From Collinsella sp. (GTDB taxonomy: Bacteria > Actinomycetota > Coriobacteriia > Coriobacteriales > Coriobacteriaceae), in NCBI GenBank assembly GCA_031292915.1, contig JAUMSH010000086.1, forward strand, positions 16,450 through 80,449: a stretch of DNA of 64,000 bases. Reading direction: 5' to 3'. Positions within the stretch are counted from its first letter, which is position 1. Each line of letters opens with the position of its first letter. The notes below the pieces were generated by a model that saw nothing but the letters and a program-made list of their open reading frames with translations, did no database searches and was not told where the DNA came from. Below are positions 52,886 through 61,015 of this stretch, one piece after another. A program made the position numbers and the translations under genes.

Positions 52886-53818
52886 CTAGCAGACCTGGCG
52901 AACCTCGATGTGCTTCTTATATTCGTCCACCTTGGCAAAATCGCCCAAACCGGGGCACTCGACCACGTTGGCGCCGGTGGCCATCGACAGGCGCAGGGCG
53001 TCCTCGACGCGCTCGGGGGCGTCGTGCCACACGGACAAGAAGGCAGCGAGCGAGGAATCGCCGGCGCACACCGTCGACAGCAGCTTGACGTCGAAGGTGC
53101 GGTTGGCAAACCAGATATGCTCGCCGTTGGAGAAGTACGCGCCGTCGCCACCGAGGGTCAGCAGCACGTTCTTGGCGCCCTTGGCGTGCAGCTCGGCCAT
53201 CGCGCCCTTGACGGACTCGTCGTCGCCACCGCTCACCTTGATGCCAAAGATGTCGAGCAGCTCGTCATCATTGGGCTTGATCAGCAGCGGCTCCATGGCA
53301 ATGAGGTCTGCCAGCTGATGGCTCGAGATGTCGAGGACAAACTCGGCCCCCTTGGCCTTGACACGGCGCAGGACCTCGGCCAGGAAGCCCTCGGAAGTGT
53401 TGGGAGGCAGCGAGCCGCTGATGACCAGGCAGGTCATGTCATCGAGCGAATCGATGAGCTCAAACATCTCCTGCTCGTTGGCCTCGTTGATGGCGGCACC
53501 GGCGTTGACCATGTTGTACTCGGTGTCGGGGCCGGCATTGAGGAACACGTTGACGCGCGTGATGCCGTCGGTCCACACGGGCTTGACGGGCACGCCCAGG
53601 GCCTCGGCGCCCTTGACGATAAACTCGCCCGAGAAGCCAGCGAAGAAGCCCAGGATCGTGGTGTCGACACCGTAGTGGTCAAGCGTAAACGAGACGTTGA
53701 GGCCCTTGCCGTTGGGCGTATAGACGGCGTTGCGAGTACGCGTGACGGTGTTGGCAGCAAGGCCGTCGCAGGCGATGTTGTAGTCAATGGCGGGATTTGC
53801 AGTGAGCGTGTAAATCAT
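52886..53818 (-). CDS. 1-phosphofructokinase-family sugar kinase (PfkB/FruK/LacC-like), copy 1
   Basis: MIYTLTANPAIDY, PNGKGLNVS, and the C-terminal VCAGDSSLAAF and ATGAN motifs. GAAAGGAAC precedes the ATG at 53818. Confidence 0.88.
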   Translation of the reverse strand: MIYTLTANPAIDYNIACDGLAANTVTRTRNAVYTPNGKGLNVSFTLDHYGVDTTILGFFAGFSGEFIVKGAEALGVPVKPVWTDGITRVNVFLNAGPDTEYNMVNAGAAINEANEQEMFELIDSLDDMTCLVISGSLPPNTSEGFLAEVLRRVKAKGAEFVLDISSHQLADLIAMEPLLIKPNDDELLDIFGIKVSGGDDESVKGAMAELHAKGAKNVLLTLGGDGAYFSNGEHIWFANRTFDVKLLSTVCAGDSSLAAFLSVWHDAPERVEDALRLSMATGANVVECPGLGDFAKVDEYKKHIEVRQVC

Positions 53819-53946
53819 GAATGTTCCTTTCACGAAGCAACGTGTTAATGAAAGTATATTCCACGCATCGGTAAAAGGCTAGGACAACTCGGTGAACGGT
53901 GTGGAAGCGATGAAGTACGGCAGGACATCTCTCCCCTATGACGGAA

Positions 53947-53978
53947 CAAAAAGGCGCCCTGGCCGAAACCGGGGCGCC
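53947..53978 (-). terminator. rho-independent terminator after pfkB copy 2
   Basis: The minus strand reads GGCGCCCC, a loop, then GGGCGCC followed by TTTTTG. Confidence 0.75.
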
Positions 53979-54006
53979 GCATGCGCACGAATATGTCGCG
54001 TTTCGA

Positions 54007-54939
54007 TTACTGACGATCGAGCTTGCGGACAGCAACGCGCTTGCTGTACTCGTCGACGTGACCAAAGTCGCCAATACCGACGGACTCGGCGACGTTGGCG
54101 CCGGTGGCCATAGCGAGCTTCATGGCCTCCTCGACGTTGTCGCGATCCCTGTACCACTTGTGCAGGAACGCAGCGAGGGTGCAATCGCCGGCGCAGACGG
54201 AAGAAACCAGCTTGATGTTGAACTCACGCTTGGCGTACCAGATGTCCTCGCCGTTGGAGAAGTAAGCGTCGCCGCGGCTACCGCGGGTGAGCAGCACGTT
54301 CTGAACGCCAGCGTCGTGAGCCATCTTCATGGCAACGCGAACCTCGTCGTCGGTATCGACCGGCACGCCGAAGATGGCCTTCATCTCGTGATGGTTCGGC
54401 TTGATGAGCAGCGGCTTCTTGTGAGCGAGCTCCTTGAGCTTGTCGGAGGACAGGTCCAAGACGACGTCGGCGCCACGAGCCTGAGCGTGCTCCATGACCT
54501 GAGCCAGGAAGTCAGGCGTAGCTTTGGGAGGCACGGAGCCGGAAACGATCAGGCACTCGAGATCGCCCGCGGTGTCCAGGATGTTGTAGAGCTCCTCCTG
54601 GTGCTGCGGCGTGATCGGAGCACCCGGGTTCAGGATGCCGTACTCGTGCTGGCCATCGTTGACGTAGGTGTTAATGCGCGTGATACCGTCGGTCCAGACC
54701 GGGCGGCAGAGGCAACCCAGGTTCATGACCTCCTCGACGATGAACTTGCCCGTGAAGCCGGCGAAGAAGCCGAGCGCGACGGTGTCGACGCCCATCTTCT
54801 TAAAGGCGAAGGACACGTCGAGGCCCTTGCCGTTAGCCGTGTAGCTGGCCGAGCCGGTGCGGACGTTCTCGTCGGGCTCGAGCGGAGAGCTCGAAACCGT
54901 CATGTCGACAGCCGGGTTAGCGGTTAGCGTGTAGAACAT
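54007..54939 (-). CDS. 1-phosphofructokinase-family sugar kinase (PfkB/FruK/LacC-like), copy 2
   Basis: MFYTLTANPAVDM, ANGKGLDVS, VCAGDCTLAAF and ATGAN. It is a paralogue of the neighbouring gene. Confidence 0.88.
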   Translation of the reverse strand: MFYTLTANPAVDMTVSSSPLEPDENVRTGSASYTANGKGLDVSFAFKKMGVDTVALGFFAGFTGKFIVEEVMNLGCLCRPVWTDGITRINTYVNDGQHEYGILNPGAPITPQHQEELYNILDTAGDLECLIVSGSVPPKATPDFLAQVMEHAQARGADVVLDLSSDKLKELAHKKPLLIKPNHHEMKAIFGVPVDTDDEVRVAMKMAHDAGVQNVLLTRGSRGDAYFSNGEDIWYAKREFNIKLVSSVCAGDCTLAAFLHKWYRDRDNVEEAMKLAMATGANVAESVGIGDFGHVDEYSKRVAVRKLDRQ

Positions 54940-55013
54940 TTACAGTACCCCCTGTATATGTGAGGGCCGCTTGGCCGGCCCATTCCAACCACGCGGATAC
55001 CTCTGATACCAAA

Positions 55014-56717
55014 TTAGCGAGCTGCGGACTCGAGCAGTGCCTTGACCTCGGCAGCGGTGTTGCAGGCGAGCGCCTTCTCGGCGAGCTCGTCGCACTCGGC
55101 CTTGGTCCACTGGCTGATGGTCTTGCGGGCGCGCAGGATGGACGGAGCACTCATCGAGAACTCCTCCAGGCCCCAGCTGATCAGCAGCGGCTCGAGCAGC
55201 GGATCGGCAGCGGCCTCGCCGCACATACCGACCATGATGCCGGCCTTGACGCCGCTCTCGATGATGTTCTTGAGCGAGCGGAGCACGGCGGGATAGTACA
55301 CCTGGTACAGGTTAGAGATGGTGTCGTTGCCACGATCGGCGCACATGGTGTAGCCGATGAGGTCGTTGGTGCCGATGGAGAAGAAGTCGGCGACCTCGGC
55401 CAGACGGTCTGCGAGCAGCGAAGCGGCGGGCGTCTCGACCATGATGCCGACCTCGATGTTCTCGTTGAACTTGCGACCCTCTTCGGTCAGCTCGGCCTTG
55501 CACTGCTCGACGAGCTCCTTGACAGCCAAAACCTCCTCGACGCAGGTGACGAGCGGGATCATGATCTTGACGTCACCGAAGGCGCTAGCGCGCAGCAGAG
55601 CGCGGAGCTGGACCTTGTACTGGTCGGGATTGGCCAGGCAGTAACGCACGGCGCGGAAGCCCATGAAGGGGTTATCTTCCTTGACCATGTGCAGATACGG
55701 AATCTCCTTGTCGCCACCCACATCGAGCGTGCGGATGATGACCGGAGCACCCTTGAGCGCGCTGGCGACCTTACGGTAGGCGTTGAACTGCTCCTCCTCG
55801 GAAGGAAGCTCAGCAGAGTCCATGAACAGGAACTCGGAGCGGAACAGACCGATGGCCTCGGCGTCGTGATCGAGCGCGTTGGGCACGTCATCGGGGTTAC
55901 CGATGTTGCAGGCGATGATCTTCTTGATGCCATCGGCAGTCACGGACGGCTTGCCACGGAAGGCCTCGAGGGCTGCCTTCTCGGCAGCGAAGGCCTCGGC
56001 CTTGGCGGTGTAGGCGGCGAGCGTCTCCTCGTCGGGATCGGCCTCAACGATACCCTTGCCACCGTCGACGACAACGGTCATACCGTTGCGCAGCGCGGTG
56101 CAGCTGTTGGAAACCGAAAGGACAGCCGGGATCTCGAGGGCGCGCGCAATAATCGCGGAGTGCGACGTGCGGCCACCGGTCTCGGTGACGATACCGGCAA
56201 CGTGGGCCTTATCGATCGTGGCGGTCATGGACGGCGTGAGGTCGTGCACGACAACGACGGTGTTCTCGGGCAGGACGGAGAGGTCGACGACCTCCTTGCC
56301 CAGCAGCTCGGCCAGAATACCGGTGCGGATGTCGGCGATGTCGGCCGCGCGCAGACGGAACATCTCGTCGTCCATGGACAGGAACATGTTCTCGAACATG
56401 GTCGAGGTGTCCATGAGCGCCTGCTCGGCGCAGGTACCGCCGTCAATGGCGGCGTTGATGGCGTCGGTCATGCCCGGGTCCTGAGCCAGGACAATGTGTC
56501 CGCTCATGATCTCGGCCTCGGCCTCGCCCACCGTCTCCTTCATGTGGTCGGCCTGAGCCTGGGTCTTCTCGCAGAAGACCGAAAGAGCGGACTGATAGCG
56601 CTCCTTCTCTGCTGCCGAATCAGCAACCTCGTGCGGCTCAAACGTCAAGTCGGGATCGACGGCGACCATGACGGTGCCGATACCGATGCCCTCGGAAGCG
56701 TTGACTCCCTGATACAT
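55014..56717 (-). CDS. ptsI: phosphoenolpyruvate--protein phosphotransferase (PTS Enzyme I)
   Basis: GVNASEGIGIG, TETGGRTSHSAIIARALEIPAV (active-site His), FFSIGTNDL, and CGEAAADP. The ATG at 56717 lies 7 nt after GAGAGG. Confidence 0.95.
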   Translation of the reverse strand: MYQGVNASEGIGIGTVMVAVDPDLTFEPHEVADSAAEKERYQSALSVFCEKTQAQADHMKETVGEAEAEIMSGHIVLAQDPGMTDAINAAIDGGTCAEQALMDTSTMFENMFLSMDDEMFRLRAADIADIRTGILAELLGKEVVDLSVLPENTVVVVHDLTPSMTATIDKAHVAGIVTETGGRTSHSAIIARALEIPAVLSVSNSCTALRNGMTVVVDGGKGIVEADPDEETLAAYTAKAEAFAAEKAALEAFRGKPSVTADGIKKIIACNIGNPDDVPNALDHDAEAIGLFRSEFLFMDSAELPSEEEQFNAYRKVASALKGAPVIIRTLDVGGDKEIPYLHMVKEDNPFMGFRAVRYCLANPDQYKVQLRALLRASAFGDVKIMIPLVTCVEEVLAVKELVEQCKAELTEEGRKFNENIEVGIMVETPAASLLADRLAEVADFFSIGTNDLIGYTMCADRGNDTISNLYQVYYPAVLRSLKNIIESGVKAGIMVGMCGEAAADPLLEPLLISWGLEEFSMSAPSILRARKTISQWTKAECDELAEKALACNTAAEVKALLESAAR

Positions 56718-56768
56718 TCCCATTCCTCTCTCCGTGTCATGTGATAAAGCGTTTTGCCATATCCATGA

Positions 56769-56807
56769 CAAAAGAGCGCAGCTACCTTACAACAGGTCAC
56801 TGCGCCC
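56769..56807 (-). terminator. partial terminator/attenuator-like hairpin between ptsH and ptsI
   Basis: The minus strand reads GGGCGCAG, an 18-nt loop, then CTGCGCTC followed by TTTTG. Confidence 0.45.
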
Positions 56808-56850
56808 CCAAATATGAACTTAGTTGTTCAACATGCGACCCGTTTGAGTT

Positions 56851-57114
56851 CTACTCGCCAAGACCGCTCTTGATGAGCTCGATGGCAGCAGCCAGAGCCT
56901 CGGCCTCGTCAGCGCCGTCGCACTTGACCTCGACCTCGGTGCCGCAGGGGATACCAGCAGCCATGAGGGCCATCGGGGACTTGCCGTTGACCTCCTTCTC
57001 GGGGGTAACGACCGTCACGTCACAGGCGTACTTGCCCATGGTGGAGGCGAAGAGGCCGGCCGGACGCATGTGAAGACCCTGCGGATTGACGAGGGTAGCC
57101 TTCTCAGAAACCAT
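56851..57114 (-). CDS. ptsH: phosphocarrier protein HPr
   Basis: MVSEKATLVNPQGLHMRPAG has the His-15 context, and GKSPMALMAAG has the Ser-46 context. Confidence 0.95.
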   Translation of the reverse strand: MVSEKATLVNPQGLHMRPAGLFASTMGKYACDVTVVTPEKEVNGKSPMALMAAGIPCGTEVEVKCDGADEAEALAAAIELIKSGLGE

Positions 57115-57251
57115 AATTGACTCCTTTTTTGTGTTTAACCCCTGTCATGCATGCGGCAGGAGTCAGATTCACGACGTTGTTTATATTAACTCACATCAAA
57201 CTGTTTTTCATTATGTTTCGCACGAATTGTTGGACAGATGTGTTTGTCGTC

Positions 57252-57405
57252 CGCTTGCTCGCCCCCAGGGGGCCGGGCGTGGCCAGTGAGATTTCCTGCT
57301 CTACAGTCCTGCTCGCCCGAAGAGCACATTGAGTGCTCTTCGGCTCGTGCGGAACTCGCGATAAATCTCGCAGGCCGCGCCCGGCCCCCTGTGGGCGAGC
57401 AAGCT
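57252..57405 (-). other. structured element B: ~43-bp imperfect outer inverted repeat enclosing the same conserved 68-nt core as element A
   Basis: The outer arms are 57252-57294 and 57363-57405. On the minus strand the core (57295-57362) reads ATCGCGAGTTCCGCACGAGCC-[GAAGAGCAC TCAAT GTGCTCTTC]-GGGCGAGCAGGACTGTAGAGCAGG. Confidence 0.85.
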
Positions 57406-57509
57406 GCGGAAACTCAGTCGGTCCAGAGCAATATCGTGCGAACGGAATTCTGGCTGATTTTTGTTCGCCTGGTTGAACTAGTTGAAGGGGCCTATCTGTA
57501 CCCTTTTGT

Positions 57510-57578
57510 AAGTTGTGGTGAAATAGGGACTGAATTTGGGGTTGAATCGTTTACACAGTCCCTATTTCACCGCAACTT
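57510..57578. repeat. 68-bp-class palindromic intergenic repeat, copy 6
   Basis: AAGTTGTGGTGAAATAGGGACTG ... CAGTCCCTATTTCACCGCAACTT. Confidence 0.9.
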
Positions 57579-57589
57579 ATTTGGGGATG

Positions 57590-57623
57590 AAAAAGGCGGA
57601 GGCCCTGGAGAGGGTCTCCGCCT
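57590..57623 (-). terminator. rho-independent terminator after the fructose-type EII gene
   Basis: The minus strand reads GGCGGAGACCC..GGGCCTCCGCC followed by TTTTT. Confidence 0.8.
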
Positions 57624-57660
57624 TTGTTACAAGGGGCGATGTTATTCGCGTACCGTGGAA

Positions 57661-59664
57661 TTAGACCAGGCGGGCGTTGATCGTCTTGGCGATCTCGGCG
57701 GCGTCGGTGGAACCCTTGACGGTGGCACGGAAGTCCTCGTCCATGAGCGCCTCGGCGACCTTGGACAGGATCTTGAGGTGCGTGGTGCCAGCCTGAGCGC
57801 CCGGGATGAGCAGGGCAATGGCAACGTTGACGGGAGCGCCGTCCATGGTGTCCCAACCGGTCACGCCAGAGTCGTCCTTGACGACGATGACGGCAGCCTC
57901 GGTGATGGCGTCGGACTTGGCATGCGGAATAGCGAAGCCCTCCATCATGCCCGTGGTGCCCTCGGCCTCGCGGGCCAGGAAGGCGTTCATAACGGCGTCG
58001 GCGTCGCCGGCGATACCGGCCTTGACGGCCTGGTTGGAAACAAAGCTCAAGGCCTCGTCACGAGAAGCGAAGTCCTCGGCGACAAAGACGTTCTCGACCT
58101 TCACGAAGTCGGAAGCCTCGGCCTTGGGGGCCTCGACGGCAGCGGCCTTGGGGGCCTCAACCGGCTTGGCTGCAGGAGCGGCCTTATGGTTCTTCTCGAA
58201 GTCGTACTTCTTGAAGGCCACGAACAGGATGCCACCGATCACGGCGCCGATGAGGATAGCGAGGACCCACAGCGGACCGTTCTCGACAACGGGCAGGACC
58301 AGGAAGCCACCGTGGGGCGCCGGATCATGAACGTTGAACATGATGGTCAGGATCGAAGCGATGGAGGAACCGAGCATCATGATGGGCATGACGGGCCAGA
58401 TGTTCTTGGTCATGAACGGAATGGCGCCCTCGGTGATGTGGGTGCAACCAAGGATGAGGTTGACGACACCGGCGTCGTGATCCTCCTGGCTGAAGTACTT
58501 CTTGCCGACAACGACGGCGAAGGTGGTGATCAGCGGCGGAACGATGCAGGCGGCGGAGACGGCAGCCATGAAGTTGGTGCCGAAGTTGTAGGTGTCGGTA
58601 CCGACACCGGCGGCCAGAGCCTCGGTGAGCATAGCGGTACCGGTGACGTAAGCAGCCTTGTTGACCGGGCCACCCATGTCAAAGGCGCACATGCAGCCGA
58701 TGGCAAGACCCAGGACAACGGCGCCAGAGGCGGACAGGCCCTTGAGGAAGTCCATCATGGCGGTGTTGATGGCAGCCATGGGGCCGGAGATGCCGAGCAT
58801 GACCAGACCGACGATGGCGGTCGAGAACAGCGGGTACAGGAAGATAGCCTTGAGGCCGTCCAGGTTCTTGGGCAGACCGGCAAAAACCTTCTCGAGCAGC
58901 AGGATGACATAGCCAGCGAGGAAGCCGCCGACGATGCCGCCCAGGAAGCCAAAGCCCACACCTGCGCCACCGGCGTCGATCATACCGGTATCGGCGTTAA
59001 CAGGCAGACCCTGGATGGCGATCATACCGGCGACGAAACCGGGAACGAGCGCCGGACGCTTGCCGATGGATTCGGCGATGTAGGCGGAAAGCACCGGAAC
59101 CATGAGGTTCATGGCGATGCCGCCGATGATCTTGAGCATCGCAGCAAAACTGTTGTAGTCAGACGCCGTCGAATCGAAGGACGTAATGCCCCACAGGAAC
59201 GAGACAGCGGTCAGAACACCACCGGCAACAACGAAGACCAGCATGTGGCTGACGCCGTTCATGAGGTGCTTGTAGATGATGTGGCCGATGGACTCCTTCT
59301 CCTCGACATCGTCCTCGACATCGGCGGCAGCTGCAACCGTGTCGTCACCCTTGGCGGCGAGCGCGCGATCAATCAGCTTACCGGCGGCCTCAACGGACAG
59401 GGCCTTGGAAACACCAACGGAAACCATGGGCTTGCCGGCGAAACGCTCAGCCTGGACATCCTTGTCGGCTGCGACGACGACGGCCTTGGCGCCAGCGATC
59501 TCACTCTTGGTGAGCTCGTTCTCGACACCGACCTGGCCATGAGTCTCGACCTTAATGGTCAGACCGCGCTCGGCAGCTGCCTTCTCCAGCGCCTCCTTCG
59601 CCATGAAGGTGTGCGCAATGCCGGTCGGGCAACCGGTCGCGGCGATGATGTCAAACTTAGCCAT
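57661..59664 (-). CDS. PTS fructose-family transporter, domain order EIIB-EIIC-EIIA
   Basis: N-terminal IIB motif AATGCPTGIAHTFMA, a polytopic IIC, an Ala/Pro/Lys linker, and a C-terminal EIIA(Fru/Mtl/Ntr) motif GFAIPHAKS. AAGGAGG precedes the ATG at 59664. Confidence 0.9.
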   Translation of the reverse strand: MAKFDIIAATGCPTGIAHTFMAKEALEKAAAERGLTIKVETHGQVGVENELTKSEIAGAKAVVVAADKDVQAERFAGKPMVSVGVSKALSVEAAGKLIDRALAAKGDDTVAAAADVEDDVEEKESIGHIIYKHLMNGVSHMLVFVVAGGVLTAVSFLWGITSFDSTASDYNSFAAMLKIIGGIAMNLMVPVLSAYIAESIGKRPALVPGFVAGMIAIQGLPVNADTGMIDAGGAGVGFGFLGGIVGGFLAGYVILLLEKVFAGLPKNLDGLKAIFLYPLFSTAIVGLVMLGISGPMAAINTAMMDFLKGLSASGAVVLGLAIGCMCAFDMGGPVNKAAYVTGTAMLTEALAAGVGTDTYNFGTNFMAAVSAACIVPPLITTFAVVVGKKYFSQEDHDAGVVNLILGCTHITEGAIPFMTKNIWPVMPIMMLGSSIASILTIMFNVHDPAPHGGFLVLPVVENGPLWVLAILIGAVIGGILFVAFKKYDFEKNHKAAPAAKPVEAPKAAAVEAPKAEASDFVKVENVFVAEDFASRDEALSFVSNQAVKAGIAGDADAVMNAFLAREAEGTTGMMEGFAIPHAKSDAITEAAVIVVKDDSGVTGWDTMDGAPVNVAIALLIPGAQAGTTHLKILSKVAEALMDEDFRATVKGSTDAAEIAKTINARLV

Positions 59665-59936
59665 GTGTCCCTCCTTCTTGAGTACAGCGCCCGCGGGCGC
59701 TCCCCTACACGCGCTTCGATGCGCGTTTTTCCACAACTGAAAGATACCAACCTACCGTCCGCGTGAGAAGAGACAAGGTGCAATTCTCCGGTGAAAGGTT
59801 CTTTCATAACCGTAAACGGTAAGTGAAAGTTTACCATCAACACTTGAAACGGCAAGGTGTATCTTGTAATTGAAAATGCCCGTATACTATGGCATTGCGA
59901 ATCAAATTAGATTTTCATGCCAACCAGGAGCCATCC

Positions 59937-60794
59937 ATGACCGATAGTAGCAAGAGCGCACTTTCCCTCATTAGTACCCACCAGGGATACAGCGAGTCCG
60001 AGCAGCGCATTGTCGACTATATATTGGAGCACCAGTCCGAGGCTCCACGCCTCACGGCGGCTCAGCTCTCACGCGCCGCTGCCACGTCCGAGGCGACCGT
60101 TTCGCGCTTCTGCCGCAAGCTTGGGTTTGGCAGCTTCCGCAGCTTTCAGTTTTCGTTGGCGAGGGATTTGGAAAGCCAGCGCAACGAGGGCCTGACCGAC
60201 GAGGTCTCGCTCGACAATATGGAGCAGAGCCTCAAGAACATCCTGGCTGCCAAGGTGAGCGAGCTTAATGCGACCATCGACGGAATCGACCACGATACGC
60301 TGGCGGCTGTTGTGCATGCCCTTAAGCATGCAGGGGTTATTGAGTTTGCGGCTGTGGGCAATACGAACGCGGTCGCGCTCGATGCGACGTTTAAGTTTTC
60401 GCAGCTGGGCCTGCGCTGCATGGCGAGCACCATTAGCGAGACATCAATCGGCTTTGCGCTCACGTTACGCCCGGGTGACGTCATCGTGCTTATCTCAAAC
60501 TCCGGCAAATCGCGCCGACTGAATCGCATGGCAAAAGCGGCTCGCAACTGCGGCGCAACCGTAGTCGTCATCAGCAGCGACAGCAAATCCCCGCTCGCGC
60601 GTCTGGCAGACTACACCTTTAATACCGTCAACCACGAAGCGCTGCTGACGACGGGCGACTTTGCGTTCTCTAAGATCAGCGCCACGATGATCATCGAAGT
60701 CATCTACAACTTCCTGCTGCCCGAGATTGAAGACGCGCGTGAGCATATCAGCTACTACGAGGAGCTCATCCAGCCGGATAAGGTCGTTGAGTAG
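59937..60794 (+). CDS. MurR/RpiR-family transcriptional regulator (HTH_6 + SIS)
   Basis: The HTH is LTAAQLSRAAATSEATVSRFCRKLGFGSFRSFQ. The SIS region has VIVLISNSGKS. AGGAG precedes the ATG at 59937. Confidence 0.9.
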   Translation: MTDSSKSALSLISTHQGYSESEQRIVDYILEHQSEAPRLTAAQLSRAAATSEATVSRFCRKLGFGSFRSFQFSLARDLESQRNEGLTDEVSLDNMEQSLKNILAAKVSELNATIDGIDHDTLAAVVHALKHAGVIEFAAVGNTNAVALDATFKFSQLGLRCMASTISETSIGFALTLRPGDVIVLISNSGKSRRLNRMAKAARNCGATVVVISSDSKSPLARLADYTFNTVNHEALLTTGDFAFSKISATMIIEVIYNFLLPEIEDAREHISYYEELIQPDKVVE

Positions 60795-60886
60795 GTAAAT
60801 TGGGGAGCCGATAGACGCCCCTCGCCACGAAATCCGCCCATCTACTACGTTTTAACCTCAAGCGCCAACCATACACCCAAAATAGA

Positions 60887-60922
60887 GAAAACCGCAGGCG
60901 TTCTACCTGCGGTTTTCTTTTT
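60887..60922. terminator. bidirectional rho-independent terminator between convergent rpiR and recN
   Basis: GAAAACCGCAGG pairs with CCTGCGGTTTTC. TTTTT follows on the plus strand, and an A-run precedes it (a T-run on the minus strand). Confidence 0.8.
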
Positions 60923-61015
60923 GCAATTCTTGGCGTGGTTGCCGATGCCCTGCCAAACGTAGTAGATGGACCCGTTTCGTGGCGGCCGGATTGGACATAC
61001 ATGTGGCGGCTCGGC

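Noticed and set aside
54960-56744. 594-codon plus-strand ORF opposite ptsI
   Set aside because: It is antisense to an unmistakable Enzyme I. Its composition is dominated by G/D/L/V/H runs.
8478-57578. CRISPR-array interpretation of the repeated AAGTTGCGGTGAAATAGGGAC sequence
   Set aside because: The copies are dispersed singly over 49 kb. Each forms its own palindrome with an inverted partner ~25 nt away. There are no regularly spaced direct repeats and no cas genes.
57238-59766. 842-codon plus-strand ORF spanning element B, repeat copy 6 and the EII gene antisense
   Set aside because: It runs straight through non-coding repeats and a terminator. The remainder is antisense to the EIIBCA gene, and it has no motifs.
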